A stretch of 64,000 bases of DNA. It comes from Haliotis cracherodii (taxonomy: Eukaryota). This document shows positions 25,352-38,287 of the stretch, in pieces; the stretch's first letter is position 1; every line of letters starts with the position of its first letter. The notes below the pieces were generated by a model. It worked only from the letters and a program-made list of their open reading frames with translations. It did not search any database and was not told where the DNA came from. Both the position numbers and the translations under genes were made by a program. The stretch covers positions 42,160,001 through 42,224,000 of the forward strand of contig NW_027266286.1 in the NCBI RefSeq assembly GCF_022045235.1, in the 5' to 3' direction.

Positions 25352-26280
25352 GGTGGCTCAATCGGTGAACGTTCACGTGCACGTGAGGATGAAGGACTCC
25401 TACTACTGCTCTGTGACGATGGGGTGACATCCATGTCCAGAGCATCAAAGGAGTTATGGACAACTATATCTGAAGATGAGGAGTTCCTAGTTGTCTGTTT
25501 CCTATTTAGTTTTTTCCTTTCTTTTCTGGTCAGAGTAACATCGGTAGATCCAAGTGGTCCTGGTTCAACAGTAGCCTCTGGCTCTTTAGTAGCTGATGCA
25601 ACAGCATCAGGGTTAACAGACAAAGTTTCAGTTTGACTCGAGGATGAATTTGATGTTATCACAGAAGTTATGCTGATAGGTGTATCTGATTTAATCCATG
25701 TCAATTCTGTTTGAACAGAAATTGATACTGTTGGAGGAGTTTGAGGAGCGGAGACAGTAGCAGCAGAGTAGGTTCTGGTAAGTGGAGTAGACGGGGACTG
25801 ACTTTCAATAACCTTCTTAGCCTCGTAAAACGAGATATTTTGTTCATGTTTGAGCTTTATGATTTTTGATTGTTTTTGCCAAACTGGACATAATTTAGAT
25901 GAAGCCAGATGTTTCCCGTTATAGTTTGAACATTTAATGTCAGCTGTGCATCCAGTGCTGTCATGGTGGTCACCACAGCGCTGACAAACTACAGAGTGAA
26001 TACAAGATTTTGATCCATGTCCAAATTTTTGGCACTTGAAACAACGGAGTGGATTGGGGACATACACCTCCACTCCGATGTTTAGATAACCAGCTTTAAC
26101 AGACTTGGGAAGGGCTGACAGGGCAAAAGTAAGCATATAAGTATTTGACGGGATGATGTCACCGTCTCTGGATTTCATGGTGAAACGCTTAACTGCAGTT
26201 ACCCCTTGACTAGCCAATTCATCTGTAATGTCTTGCTCCGACATGTCGGACAGGCAACGAGCTCTGTCTCGAACAATGCC
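25348..26280 (-). CDS. LINE ORF1 (gag-like zinc-knuckle nucleic-acid-binding protein), N-terminally truncated
   Basis: YVPNPLRCFKCQKFGH..C, CQRCGDHH..C and CSNYNGKH..C knuckles followed by a Ser/Thr-rich tail. Confidence 0.85.
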   Translation of the reverse strand, partial: GIVRDRARCLSDMSEQDITDELASQGVTAVKRFTMKSRDGDIIPSNTYMLTFALSALPKSVKAGYLNIGVEVYVPNPLRCFKCQKFGHGSKSCIHSVVCQRCGDHHDSTGCTADIKCSNYNGKHLASSKLCPVWQKQSKIIKLKHEQNISFYEAKKVIESQSPSTPLTRTYSAATVSAPQTPPTVSISVQTELTWIKSDTPISITSVITSNSSSSQTETLSVNPDAVASATKEPEATVEPGPLGSTDVTLTRKERKKLNRKQTTRNSSSSDIVVHNSFDALDMDVTPSSQSSSRSPSSSRARERSPIEPP

Positions 26281-26449
26281 TGAATTAAGCGAATTTCAAT
26301 ACTTGTTGGTGACAAAGCCTCGCAGTCGCAGACACAACGATTGAGATCAATAACATCTATAAACAACAAATGTGTACATTTCCAGTAATAAGTTTTTATT
26401 ATAATGGTTTTAAGTCTTAAAGAGTTAGAGACCATCTAAGTAATCTTGT

Positions 26450-26650
26450 GGACTATGTAGTGGAAGGTCTGTGGTTCGATTCCCTTGCCGGGTCATACCA
26501 AAAGACGTTAAGAAATGGTATATATTATTTCACTGCCTGGTGCTCAGCATTTTGGGATAAAACAAGGATTCGTGCAGTACACGTTGACTTTGGTATCGAT
26601 GTTAAAGTGTGGCATGGTATCTCAGTGGGCCAGCTCTATTTAACTGACAG
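26450..26650 (+). mobile_element. decayed tRNA-derived SINE (family 4)
   Basis: B-box ggttcgattccc followed by gggtcataccaaaagac..ctgcctggtgctcagcatt..aaacaagga; related to 38945-39115 (minus). Confidence 0.55.
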
Positions 26651-27022
26651 CATTTTTCAAAATATGCAGCATATTCAGTAAACGCTTTAATTTCCTTGCT
26701 GCGTCATAGTGCTGAGTTCGGCGTTACGCAACAACCAAACAATCATAGAATGCAACGCACTAGTCAATCGGAGCTATATACCCTTTTACAGCCATGTAAT
26801 AAATTACCAGTTTTTTTCTTGGACAATGAAAGTTGTTTTCAAGATACATTATATGTACATTATGGACAATTAACCTAAATTGATTATTAAGGACATGTTG
26901 CTTAATATATAGCAGCCAAGCTCAGGACAACACCTGACCTGGGAAGATAGAAACAATGAAATATTAATGGAATTTGTTTAATGCTGTCAGATTTGAGGAA
27001 TTTGTCAGATATGTTATCATTA

Positions 27023-30000
27023 TTATGACTTCAAATCAGAAGGGACCAGCTTGGCTGTGACAAGAGCAACTGAAGAAACATGTCCCGCTGTCATGTTGTT
27101 AGAAAAGTGAATCTGTACTTGGTTGGCCCCAGTGACAAACAGGGAGGTTGGGACAGCAAACTCCCAAACCTCCCAAAAGGTGGTACTCTCAATCATGTTG
27201 GCATCATACAGCTTATAGAACGATTCAAGGGGGTGGAGGTTGAAAGTTAGATATGATACACTATTTGTTTCATTGATTGGCCAACTGGCAGAAACTCTCA
27301 ATCTGGCACTGTGATATTGACCAGTTGGTAGAGATATTACTGTTAAGGCGACATTTCCCTTGATTGGTATAAGTGTATCAGCTCCGTAGTATGTGGTTTC
27401 GTTGAGAGTGACTGAAGGCAGTTGGTGTGAAGGTGTTTTAAATGTAAAGTGGCATGTTGCTTCAGGCGGAAGTTCGACCATTCCTTGGCTCTTCTGGATG
27501 TCGAAGGGTTCATTAAAGGTAATGACTGGGTACCATTCGTCCTTGATGGTGATACAAGTAGCTTCTCCAGTGGTTGGCTTGATCCAGTCGTCCACAAAGT
27601 CTAGCTTGACGGATTTTGACTTCGGAGAATAGCTATGCAAGAGAACAACCGTTTCATTATTCGATGGGCTGGACATTGCTAACGGCGATACAGTTCTTTC
27701 GAGTTCATCATATTGGCTGGTAGTTCTGATAAAGTAGTATCCTGATGCGAATTTGTACCAAAATTTGAAGACGTCGACCATACGTGTGGCGTTTCCTTGG
27801 CGAGTGAAAAGTGACCAGTTGAGACTATCATGTCCCGGATATTTTTCATTGGCTAAAAGAAACACCACTGTTCTGTCAATGTATTCCCTGAGACCTAGTT
27901 GGGTAAATCTGTGGGCATTGGCTTGGTATATTGTTGAGAAGTCGACTATACCTGATGGAGCAAATTTGTCAATTCCTAGCACAATATCGCGACCATATTC
28001 ACTGATAACAAGAGGGATAATTTTTCCGGTCTTCTGTGAGGCATAGCTTTCAACCAGGTCAACAAATGCTACCAGACGTGCTTCATTCATACCAGTAAAC
28101 TTGTGAGATTTCCCCGAAACAGTTAGTGAGTTGTACGAATGAAAGGAAAACACGTCTAAAAAGTCCATAGTGATGTCCATGAACTTGGCCACTTTTTTCC
28201 AGTCGGTAAAGTTGTTTCTATCCGAATTTCTGGCAAAACCGTCAAGTGTAGGACCAGCAACTTTGACGTTAAACTTTGTATGGAGTTTCTCCGCGACTGA
28301 TTTGTGGAACATGGCGGCAGTCGTGAGGTTCAAAATGTTGAATTTTGGGTCCGGTTCATTAATGGGTTCAATGTAGGCTGGCATCTGTCCTTCGGTGAAG
28401 TCGTTAACGCCTTGCACCATCAACATCACCAACTCTGCAGCAGCATCGACGTTGTTGGGGAACTGACCTTCATGTTCAGACTGGTTCATCCAGTTCGGCC
28501 AGTTTAGAGCTAAAATTAATAATACAACGGAACAGGACACTAATTGATGAATGAAATATCTCAGTTTCTTCTTCTGAATCACGTCTGTCAGTTTTATGAT
28601 GCTTATTTCTCCTTAAAAAAAAAAATTCCTCCACGAATCATTATCAAGAAAAAATAAATGAGTCCCCTATGCTTTTCGACCGTCTTGTCTCTTATTGTCT
28701 CTAGTTTTGCGAAGCACCTAATTTTGGCAATAAATGGTTTAAATCATTGGAGAGTATTGTGTAAGTTAACTTCATTAAACAGTTCCTTTTTACACCTAAC
28801 GGTGTTACTATTGCATGTTTTAATTCGACATTTTATGTAATGTCCTTTCTCAACAACATTTACTACAAATATATCATATCTCGCCCGGACAATAAGTGCA
28901 ATATTCACTGGATGTTCTGAAACAAATATCAATGAAACAGTTATGTGCAACGTTGTATCCTGGTATAATTTGATAACTAAAAATACATGTAGCATTGTAA
29001 GTTTAATGCATTTGGGTTAGAGTAAAATTTAACTATACGTTTATTCGTTTCCAAAGTTGAAGTGCTTCACAATTCCCCAACAATGATGCACAATTCGTTC
29101 TCAACAAGGCTAAAGAATTCCTTACAATACTCTGCGTATTGGACTGTTTTAATCATTGTATTTTTCTATCTTTGGCTCAGTGCATAAATACTGTCTTACC
29201 TCTCGACATCATGATCACGTCGTTCTCGTAACCACTGTTTATGTTAGCAAGGTACAAGGAAAACAGTTCCTTCTGCTTGGTGGCATTCTTCAAGTAGTTG
29301 GGATCTGGATAGCCACTTCTGTTGGGGTCCTCTGGCCACTGAATGTAATATTCCATCAAGCAAACAGTTAGGAGAGAAACATAATGTTTCTTCCAATTTG
29401 AAGCTGTTATTGAATATTTACACCTGCAAATAACATTTATCATAATTCTCGAGCATCGTGTACACATTACCATCCGCACATCTTTAAAACATGAAATCAA
29501 CAACATTAAAAATACAACAGCAGTCTATTTCTAAGTATATGCAATGTGCGAATGGTATGGTGTCATATGCTTCCACGACGAATTTTCCCTTCTTGAAAGG
29601 AGAAGGGAACAAATAATGAATGCGGTATTGTAAGTCGGATGCTCAGTGCCACATTTTCCAAAATCGGATTATGATACCTATCAAGTATCCATACACTGTG
29701 TGAAAAGTTCCGAAGTTCGGGGTTTAAATCCCATTTAACGATGTTTTTCAACCAATTAGATTGAAGCACATGCTCCCATGCTTGTTTTACAATGTATAAA
29801 TTAATTTCAGCAAAATAGTTGAAATCATGAGATGCAGAACTCCTTACTATGTTTAGTGGTTGTGAAGAGACTGCAGTTGTTTAAGAAGTTAAAAGCTTAA
29901 GGCTTCGTGGATAGACATTAACTGTTTAAATTACTAAGACGACCGAAAACAATTAAAGTTTACTCTGTATTCTCATTTCAAACTATTGTGTCATTAACCT

Positions 30001-32167
30001 TTTGTTTGATATTACTCTTAAAAAAGAAACGCAAGACGGATATTTTTTGCCATAAAAGCAAAATAAGCGGACCAATAAGTGCAACATGACGAGGTTTAAT
30101 GTGTTATTGTGTCAGTAACAAATTTCGCGGATCAAAATGATCACATCAAGGACATGCAAACCATTAGTTTCGACGCGTCATATTGAGTCGACAACACCCA
30201 ACAACGACTGCATTGATTTCTCCTCCGTCGAGGGGATGGAATAGCACGAATCTTCAGACGTCGGGGAGAACGTTACGCCGGAAACTGCGTACAGGAAGTG
30301 GACAGGTTTGGTGGGGGTAACGTCATGATATGGGCGACTATCTCTCATCATGGCAGGACAGGTTTGGTCCATATCCAGGGCAATGATACATCAACGAAAT
30401 CTCCTACCACACGTCTTCCCAATTGCAGTCAACGGCAACGGTATATGCCAGCAGGACAACACTCGACCGCATACATCACGTATCACAAGAGACTGTCTAC
30501 ACAACAACAAAGTTAATGTTCTCCCCTGGCCCTCAAGATCCCCGGATTTCAACCCGATAGAGCACCTGTGGGATGAATTTGATAGAAGGCTACACCGACG
30601 TCAACCACAACCCCAGGCGTTGCAGCAGTTGGATTTTGCGTTGCCGGCCGAGTGTGCTACCATTCCCCGGTATATTATTCGCATACTCGTATCTTCCATA
30701 GATGTCAGGCCGCTTTCGATTCCAACGGGGGACAAACGCGTTATGATGATAGCTGACCTTCACCTTTGACTTTTCCTATGTACCGATAACTGAGATGACT
30801 ACAATCACGAAGTGTTCTCCCCACAACATTTTGGCTCAATACCTTGTACGGCTCCTCGTATAAATGTATTTTTCCTTCCTCACACAAATCTGGCTTTGCG
30901 TTTCGTTTTTTGAAGGGTATATATTTCACTTGATGCTTCTTTGGCAAAGTAGATAAGGTGGTAATTAAGGCAACATATGCCTGAACTGTCAACATATTGT
31001 GAGAAGAGATAACCATGTGAAATTAATAGATTCCATAACTGTATAATCCTCACTGAATTATCAACATGTTAATGTTCAACAGGTAAGTAAGTGGTATCTG
31101 GTATTAAGAATAAAATAATAACACATCTTGGAGTGAGTGAGTGAGTGAGTTGGGTTTAAAGCCGCTTTTAACATTATTCCAGTCATATCGCGGCTTGTCA
31201 GCTTAATTTGAGAGGAAAACCCGAAGTGATGCAGGTTTTAGACGTTTACCACTTCTGTGAAACCCACGAGCACGGGTATGGTGCTGACAAACCTAGAAAC
31301 ATAATTGGGGCGAACAGGGATTCGAACCCACAATCATAGGTTTCTGGCGTGCCCAAGGGACGCAACTCTGCACAGCGAATCGCGGCGCCTTAGACTACTG
31401 GGCCACCCGTCCCCCCAACACATCTTGGAAAAGATTGTAATATAGCGCATTGTTATTTCAGCGCCCGCTGTCAGTTCGAATGCTCCCACATTTGGGAATA
31501 GTATATTCGCTTTCATTATCACTGCCAAGATCTCAATATACTGAAAGGTTGAACATGTAATTTATTTTAATATTAACCGTTTGTTTTGGTTCCTGTTGTA
31601 ACATGTTGGGTAGTGTTTGACCTGTTATTGGCTAGAACACCATTAGTGTCTGTTCAGTAGACAGATATAGCAACACGTGCCTGCTGCAATCAAAATATAT
31701 TTCTCGTAACAGGATTTCTCGTTGCCGTAATGAATATAGCAACTCATTATCACCATAATTTGCTTTCTCGCAACAGGATTTCTCGTTGTTGAAAATTAAT
31801 TTATGCCAATACATTGTCACCATAATTTGCTTTCAACTTTACGGTGCCAAATATATCTTTGAACAATACTAGTGACAACTTTCAATATCAAGTAATATAT
31901 TCAGTATTATTCAAAGGTTGATCTTACGTCTTGGAAAAGGCGATCATTATAATCTCTGTTATTCCAGCGTCCACTATCAGTCCGAATGCTCCGGCAGTTT
32001 GGAATGAGGGATGTGCTATCCAGACCATTGTGCTTGTTCCACCTGTTACTGTCATAGCGAGCACTACCTCCCTGTGCCAACCATTGAGGGTGGATCGTTA
32101 CCGTCGCCTCACTGTATAGACCATCTATTGACAAGCTCAAAGTGAAACAGACCAGTGTCCATTTCAT
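27023..32167 (-). CDS. secreted GH86-like beta-porphyranase/beta-agarase, copy C (621 aa); exons 32167-31928, 29338-29200, 28509-27023
   Basis: Signal peptide, canonical splice sites, open 1866-nt frame; YIEPINEP, DVFSFHSY, PLVISEYG. Confidence 0.87.
30013..30921 (+). mobile_element. internally deleted Tc1/mariner element in intron 1 of copy C
   Basis: TIRs tactcttaaaaaagaaacgcaa / ttgcgtttcgttttttgaagggta; transposase motifs GGGNVMIW, QQDNTRPH, WPSRSPDFNPIEHLW. Confidence 0.85.
31131..31415 (-). mobile_element. tRNA-derived SINE (family 2) in intron 1 of copy C
   Basis: Flanked by the TSD aacacatcttgg(a). Absent at the orthologous site of copy A (about 2479-2491). Confidence 0.85.
31420..31503 (-). 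pseudogene. dead 3' half of an exon 1 inside intron 1 of copy C
   Basis: Homologous to 2483-2565 and to the end of copy E exon 1. Confidence 0.75.
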
Positions 32168-32453
32168 TTTCTGTGCAATGAAAAGTGAAGGTTTAATCAC
32201 ATGAGCACTGGATTGTGACTTTAACGAAAACGACATATCTGACTATATTGATATAATGTCAATGAAGCAACAGATACATACAGTTGTTCAAATGATCAAG
32301 TATTATCGCAAGTAAAACATAAACCCAGACGAAAGAGACGTAATGATATTAAAGGTATTTTTGTGGATAACAGCTTTCCTATTATTTGCACCAACGTTTC
32401 AGGGCTACATCCTGTCTCATCATCAAATAGCATTTGTGTGTGAGATATTATAT

Positions 32454-32630
32454 AGCGTTTTGAGTCTGAACCAACAAATCATCAATTATATATATATATA
32501 TACATGCTAATTTGTGTGTTATGGGTAGGATACTGTACAAATATAATGTATATGCTTTCACACTGCACCTGAAGAAGTACGGAAACGTGTTACAATAATT
32601 GATGATTTGTTGGTTCAGACTCAAAACGCT
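32454..32630. repeat. perfect 36-bp inverted repeat (32454-32489 / 32595-32630)
   Basis: agcgttttgagtctgaaccaacaaatcatcaattat is the exact reverse complement of ataattgatgatttgttggttcagactcaaaacgct. Confidence 0.85.
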
Positions 32631-34419
32631 CCATGGCTTTATGTTCTTCCAACTTCTAAATGGCTTATAAATAACCATGGACGTAGAGTACATGTTAATG
32701 ATATTGTAAAGAAAAAGCTTCCCAAAAAGATGCAAAAATTATGAGTGCAACTCTTACTTAGAAACCGTACAAAAAGAAGATTAAGTTCCTGATCGGTAAC
32801 TAATTCATGACTCATCCGGAACATGAGCTGCAACGAATTATTTATTATGAAAACAACACATGAGCAACTCACATGTATGAAAAAGAGACAGAAAATAGTG
32901 GTGCTTTGGGGTCCCAATAGACACACCATCTATTCAAGTATTGCCTTTCCATAATGTCAACTGCCTGTCGATTATCTCATTTGACTCACTTTGCCAGGAG
33001 TTGTCGGATTTTAAGCCAAGCTATTAATTCTTGATACGAGCCATGCTGTTTGGCCCCACATTCATATGGCAACACGGATGTCTCTATACTCACATTAAAC
33101 ATTTCACAAATCTACCTGGGTATCAACACACTGCCTTCTTACAATGTTCTGTCGACACTCAATAGCTGCGTGGCGGCCAGTTTTATACATTGTCATGATA
33201 TCTTCTTATCGTATCTGGTCAAGAATTTGAACGTGTGTTCTTTTGGACCAGATGGTTGTTTCAGTCAGTTTTCGACTTACCTTATCGCCATATATACTCC
33301 CCTTAAAAAGACACGCACATGCCGTTTTCAATAGATTCTTTCCGTGGCGTTTACAAACTTTAACGGATACTTTTGTGCATGGTTTCATACAGCATGACAG
33401 ACGTAAAGCCTAGTGGCATGTGTGTTCACCATTGTGAAGGACTCCACGACACTTCCTGCCTAACAACCCAAGAAACCTGCGGATGATACAGTGTGTAATG
33501 GCAGCTCATACTTCTCTCTTGCCAAAACAATTAATATGCTTATAAGATTAGTAGAATTGTATTCATTGTATTTCACGTAAAATCCTGCATTCTGATCAAC
33601 TGGTTTGTTTTTCGGAAGTGTGAAGAGTATACGCGCATTCTAATGTAACCTGTAGCGTTAGTAAATCGCCTAAAATATGCGTCACAGTGAAGATAGCATC
33701 CCTTAAACTTCCAAATACGAATTCATAAGACATTAATTTCATATTGAGTTGGATTACTAGGGTACGAACGTTTTGAACTGTAGAGAGCTTTACAGCTAGG
33801 GTTTTTAACTTGCACGGTCAAAATCTTTTCTACTCAAGTAAACCAGCACGTTACAAATTTTAATTACAAATGTATACACCTGTGAGTCTACATCTCACAC
33901 GCAAGCTGTGGTTTAGCTGAACTTCAAAATTATTCTCATAATTATCATAATTCTTGCGATTTTGTGTCCGACAGGAAACCAGATGATGGTCACTTGCGTT
34001 TCTCATATTCTGGCCGGTATATTTCTGGGGTCAGTTGTCAGTTTGACGTATTCTTCAACATCCCAAATTCTGAATACATGTTTCATTTATTGTTTGTTTG
34101 TTGCTAAACGTGGGACTCTGCAACAGTCCATTTATAGACCGCCTTCTGTAAATAATCATGTGTGGACAAGACCAGGCTGAATAAGCATTAGGTCAAGACA
34201 TACAATTTCCGGGTGTGACTGTACATTATACTAGTATATACACACAAGAACAATAACCTCAAGTAATTATTAAGGACTTTGTATTCGAGATCAGAACAAC
34301 ACTCGCTTTTATTAATCATTTATTTGGTCTCATGACCTGGGAATATCTAAACAATGCAACCTTGATCTAATTTGTTTATTGATGTCAAATAGGGGAATTC
34401 GTCAATGTTATCATTATCA

Positions 34420-36929
34420 TTACTTCAAATCAGAAGGGACCAGCTTGGCTGTGACAAGAGCAACTGAAGAAACATATCCTGATGTCATGTCGTTAGAGAA
34501 GTGAACCTGCACCAGGTTAGGCCCCGTGACAAAGATGGGGGTTGGAACAGCAAACTCCCAAACCTCCCAGTAGGTGGTGCTGTTAAACTTGTCGGAATCA
34601 TACAGCTTATAGAAAGAGTCAAGGGGGTGGAGGTTAAAGGTAAGATAGGATACATTGTTTGTTTCATTGATCGGCCAACTGGTTGAAACTCTCAGTCTTG
34701 CACTGTGATATTGGCCATTTGGTAGAGATATTACTGTCAATACCGTATTTCCCTTGATTGGTATAAGTGTATCAGCTCCGTAGTATGTAGTTTCGTTGAG
34801 TGTGACTGAAGGCAGTGTGTTTGAAGGGGTCTTGAATGTGAAATGACATGTTGCTTCAGGGGGAAGTTCAACCATTCCTTGTGTCTTATGGATGTCGAAG
34901 GGTTCGTTGAAGGTAATGACTGGGTACCATTCGTCCTTGATGGTGACGCAAGTAGCTTCTCCAGTGGTTGGCTTGATCCAGTCGTCTTCAAAGTCTAGCT
35001 TGACCGCCTGTGACTTCTGAGAATAGCTATGCAGAAGAATGACAGTTTCGTTATTCAGTGGACTTGACATTGCTAACGGCGACACCGTTCGTTCCTCTCC
35101 ATCATACTGACTGGTAGTTCTGATAAAGGAGTAGCCTGACGTGAATTTGTACCAAAACTTGAAGACGTCAACCATACGCGTGGCGTTTCCTTGAAGAGTG
35201 AAAAGTGACCAGTTGAGACTATCATGTCCTGGATATTTTTCATTGGCTATAAGAAACACCACTGCTCTGTCAATGTATTCTCTGAGACCTAGTTGGGTAA
35301 ATCGGTGGGCATTTGAGTGGTATATTGTTGAAAAGTCTACAATACCCGATGGAGCAAATTTGTCAATTCCTATCACGATGTCACGTCCATATTCACTGAT
35401 AACAAGGGGGATAATCTTTCCAGTCTTCTGGGAGACATAGCTCTCAACCAGGTCGACAAATGCTACCAGACGTGCTTCATTCATGCCAGTAAGATTGTGT
35501 GATTTCCCCGAAACAATGAGTGAGTTGTACGAATGAAACGAAAATACATCTATATAGCCTAAAGTTACGTCAAGGAAATTGGCCACTTTTTGCCAATACA
35601 AAAAGTTGTTTACATCCGCCGCCCCAGTTTCTCCGTCAAGTGTAGGACCGGACACTTTGATGTTAAATCTCGCATGGAGCTTCTCAGCAACTAATTTGTG
35701 AAATTTGGCAACAGTCGTGAAATTTAATATACGCCATTTACCATCCGGTTCATTGATGGACTCAAAGTAGTGTGGTATCTGTCCTTTTGTGAAATCATAA
35801 ACTCCTTGCACCATCAACATCATGAACTCTGCAGCAGCATCGACATTGTTTGGGAATTGACCTTCATGTTCAGATTTGTTTATCCAACTCGGGTAGTAAA
35901 TACCTGTAAATAGCAAAAGAGTAAAATAATGTTGATGGTAAAATGATTGGAAAGGAACATGTGAGAAAACATCTGAAATATACAAATGAAGAATAAATGA
36001 TGCATGAAGGAAAAATAATTGAAGTGGATTTGTTGTGCGACATGCTAGCGAGATGATATATTGCAAGGATCTAAGGACACATGTGTTTTTGAAGTACTTC
36101 GAGAAAAAAATGCTTTGGAGAGAAACATTTTGTCAGTGATACGAAAATGGCTTCGACATAGAAGGATATATTGACTTATGTTATACCTAAACAAAAAGTT
36201 TTAATTTCGTTATATATGAATACCTTTATTGGTCGTTTTAATGCAAATTATCAGAGTTTATTGTTGTGAAATCATGTTATAATATTTATTGTATATGTGT
36301 CTTTAACTATTACACAGCCAAATGTTTTATGATCAAGGAATCACATTTCAACCTAAACATTTATGAATCATACTTCTACATACACATGTTACTATATTGC
36401 AGTAGGGTTGATTTTAGAATCAACCAAGAGTCAGATGTTCGAATGCCTTTGGCGAAGAACACTAACTAGATAGGGTGACTCAAGAAATCTGCTGAAGAAT
36501 GTTGGATTTTTTATATGATGGATAATGTGATAAACCAAACCGATTTACTTGGTACATGCAACAAGAACCCTTCGTCAGAATTACTTTTGATGAGCTCATA
36601 CATCATATCAATTCCTCGATTAACTATTGGCCAAAATTCCCCAAACATGTAGGTAAGGGTAAGGGACATTTTTTTACCCGTATTCCTATCTGATTATTTT
36701 ATGAATGAAGTGATAAAAAGAGATAATTATGCTTGCATGTTCCCGTTAACATATCATATAAGGAGTAGACGTATACGTTTGCTGTTTAACACAGCACTCA
36801 GCAATTCCCAGATATACGACGGCGGCATTTAATAAAATCGAGTTTTGACCAGACAAACCACTGGTTGATATTATGAGTAACGATCCACGCCGTTGCGGTA
36901 CGGTGATACCGACTTTGCAACCCGATCCG

Positions 36930-36981
<52 letters not shown>

Positions 36982-38287
36982 GGGGGGGGGGGGGCTACTT
37001 ATGCACCATATATTTTTTTTCTCCTGTCCTTTGGTATTTAAGAGAGGGAAACAAATTCCGCTTATGGTCTTTGTTCACGGTGCATTCCTTTTTAACATTG
37101 TCTTTATAGAACAATCATCAAACAAACAATTGACGTTGGTTCACTGATGGGCACTACTTCAGAGTGGCAGGGGACGATGAACCGACAGTGGACACATGTC
37201 GCACCAATGGGGGTGATGTTTGCCCAAAGATGGCTGCCAGCGTGGCCCAAACGATGCTTGCTACTAGAGGTCCAGTGAATTAACTGAATACACGGACCTG
37301 ATTTTAAATACTCTCGTTTGTTTTGGCCTTATCCAGTAATGTTCAGTTGTTCCGTCATGGTCAGAGTGACATTTTATCGAACATGTTTACCTTCCGCCAT
37401 CATGATCATGTCGTTCTCATAACCACTGTTGGTGTTCTCAACGTACTTGGAGAACAGTTCCTGCTGTTTGGTGACGTTCTTCAGATGGTTGGGGTCTGGG
37501 TAGCCACTGCGGTTTGGGTCCTCTGGCCACTACAATCAATATGCTTAGAAGATTAGTTGTATTGTATTCAAGTTGCAAATTTCTAAACATTCGTCAATAC
37601 ATATCAGCAAGAAAATTTACTCTCAACCTAAATAGCTGACATACTGTGTCTAAATGTGGCTCAAGAACTAATATAATCGCTTTTATTGTCATTGGGAAAC
37701 CCTTAAATTATTGAAAGGTTGAAACAAATTACGAACAATTGAGAAGTTGATTTATTCTTATTTTAATGGTTTGTTTTGTTTTCTGTTGTAACATGTTGGG
37801 TAGTGTTTGACCTGTTATTGGCTCCACACCATTATTGTTTGTTCAGTAGACAGATATAGCAACACATGCTTGCTGTACTCAAAATATATTTACCGTAACA
37901 GGATTGATCGTTGTGGTAAATGAATATATACCAAAATCACCATAATTTGCTTTCAACTTGATAGTGTCACATATAGCTTTGAACAATAATAGTGACAACT
38001 TTCATTTTCATGTAATATATTCATTATTATTCAAAATTTGTTCTTACGTCTTGGAAAAGGCGATCATTATAATCTCTGTTATTCCAGCGTCCACTATCAG
38101 TCCGAATGCTCCGGCAGTTGGGAATGAGGGATGTGCTATCCAGACTATTGTGCTTATTCCACCTGTTACTGTCATAGCGAGCACTACCTCCCTGTGCCAA
38201 CCACTGAGGGTGGATCGTCACAGTTGTGTCACCGTATACACTGCCTACTGCCAGGCTCAAAGAGAGAAAGACCAGAGTCCATTTCAT
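34420..38287 (-). CDS. secreted GH86-like beta-porphyranase/beta-agarase, copy D (620 aa); exons 38287-38048, 37529-37391, 35903-34420
   Basis: Signal peptide MKWTLVFLSLSLAVGSVYG; splice sites gtaaga/tag and gtaaac/cag; open 1863-nt frame; YFESINEP, DVFSFHSY, PLVISEYG. Confidence 0.87.
36930..36995. repeat. compound microsatellite (AT)n(GT)n(G)n in intron 2 of copy D
   Basis: Directly visible. Confidence 0.9.

Larger units (their letters stand above)
21151..26280 (-). mobile_element. 5'-truncated I-group (Nimb/I-like) LINE with ORF1, APE-RT-RNase H ORF2, (actc)n tail and 7-bp TSD
   Basis: tgaatta lies at 21144-21150 and 26281-26287. A (gtga)n tail starts at 21151. Long ORFs carry diagnostic motifs. 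Confidence 0.92.

Noticed and set aside
27753-28507. Recurrent plus-strand ORFs antisense to exon 3 in every copy
   Set aside because: Shadow frames of the conserved sense CDS, with variable starts and stops and no independent motifs.
34420-36066. ORF-track N-termini of the long ORFs (e.g. MQYIISL.. in D, MIQKKK.. in C, MCSFT.. in E)
   Set aside because: They are read-through into intron 2. The true exon 3 starts at the conserved AG acceptors (35903, 28509, 43735).
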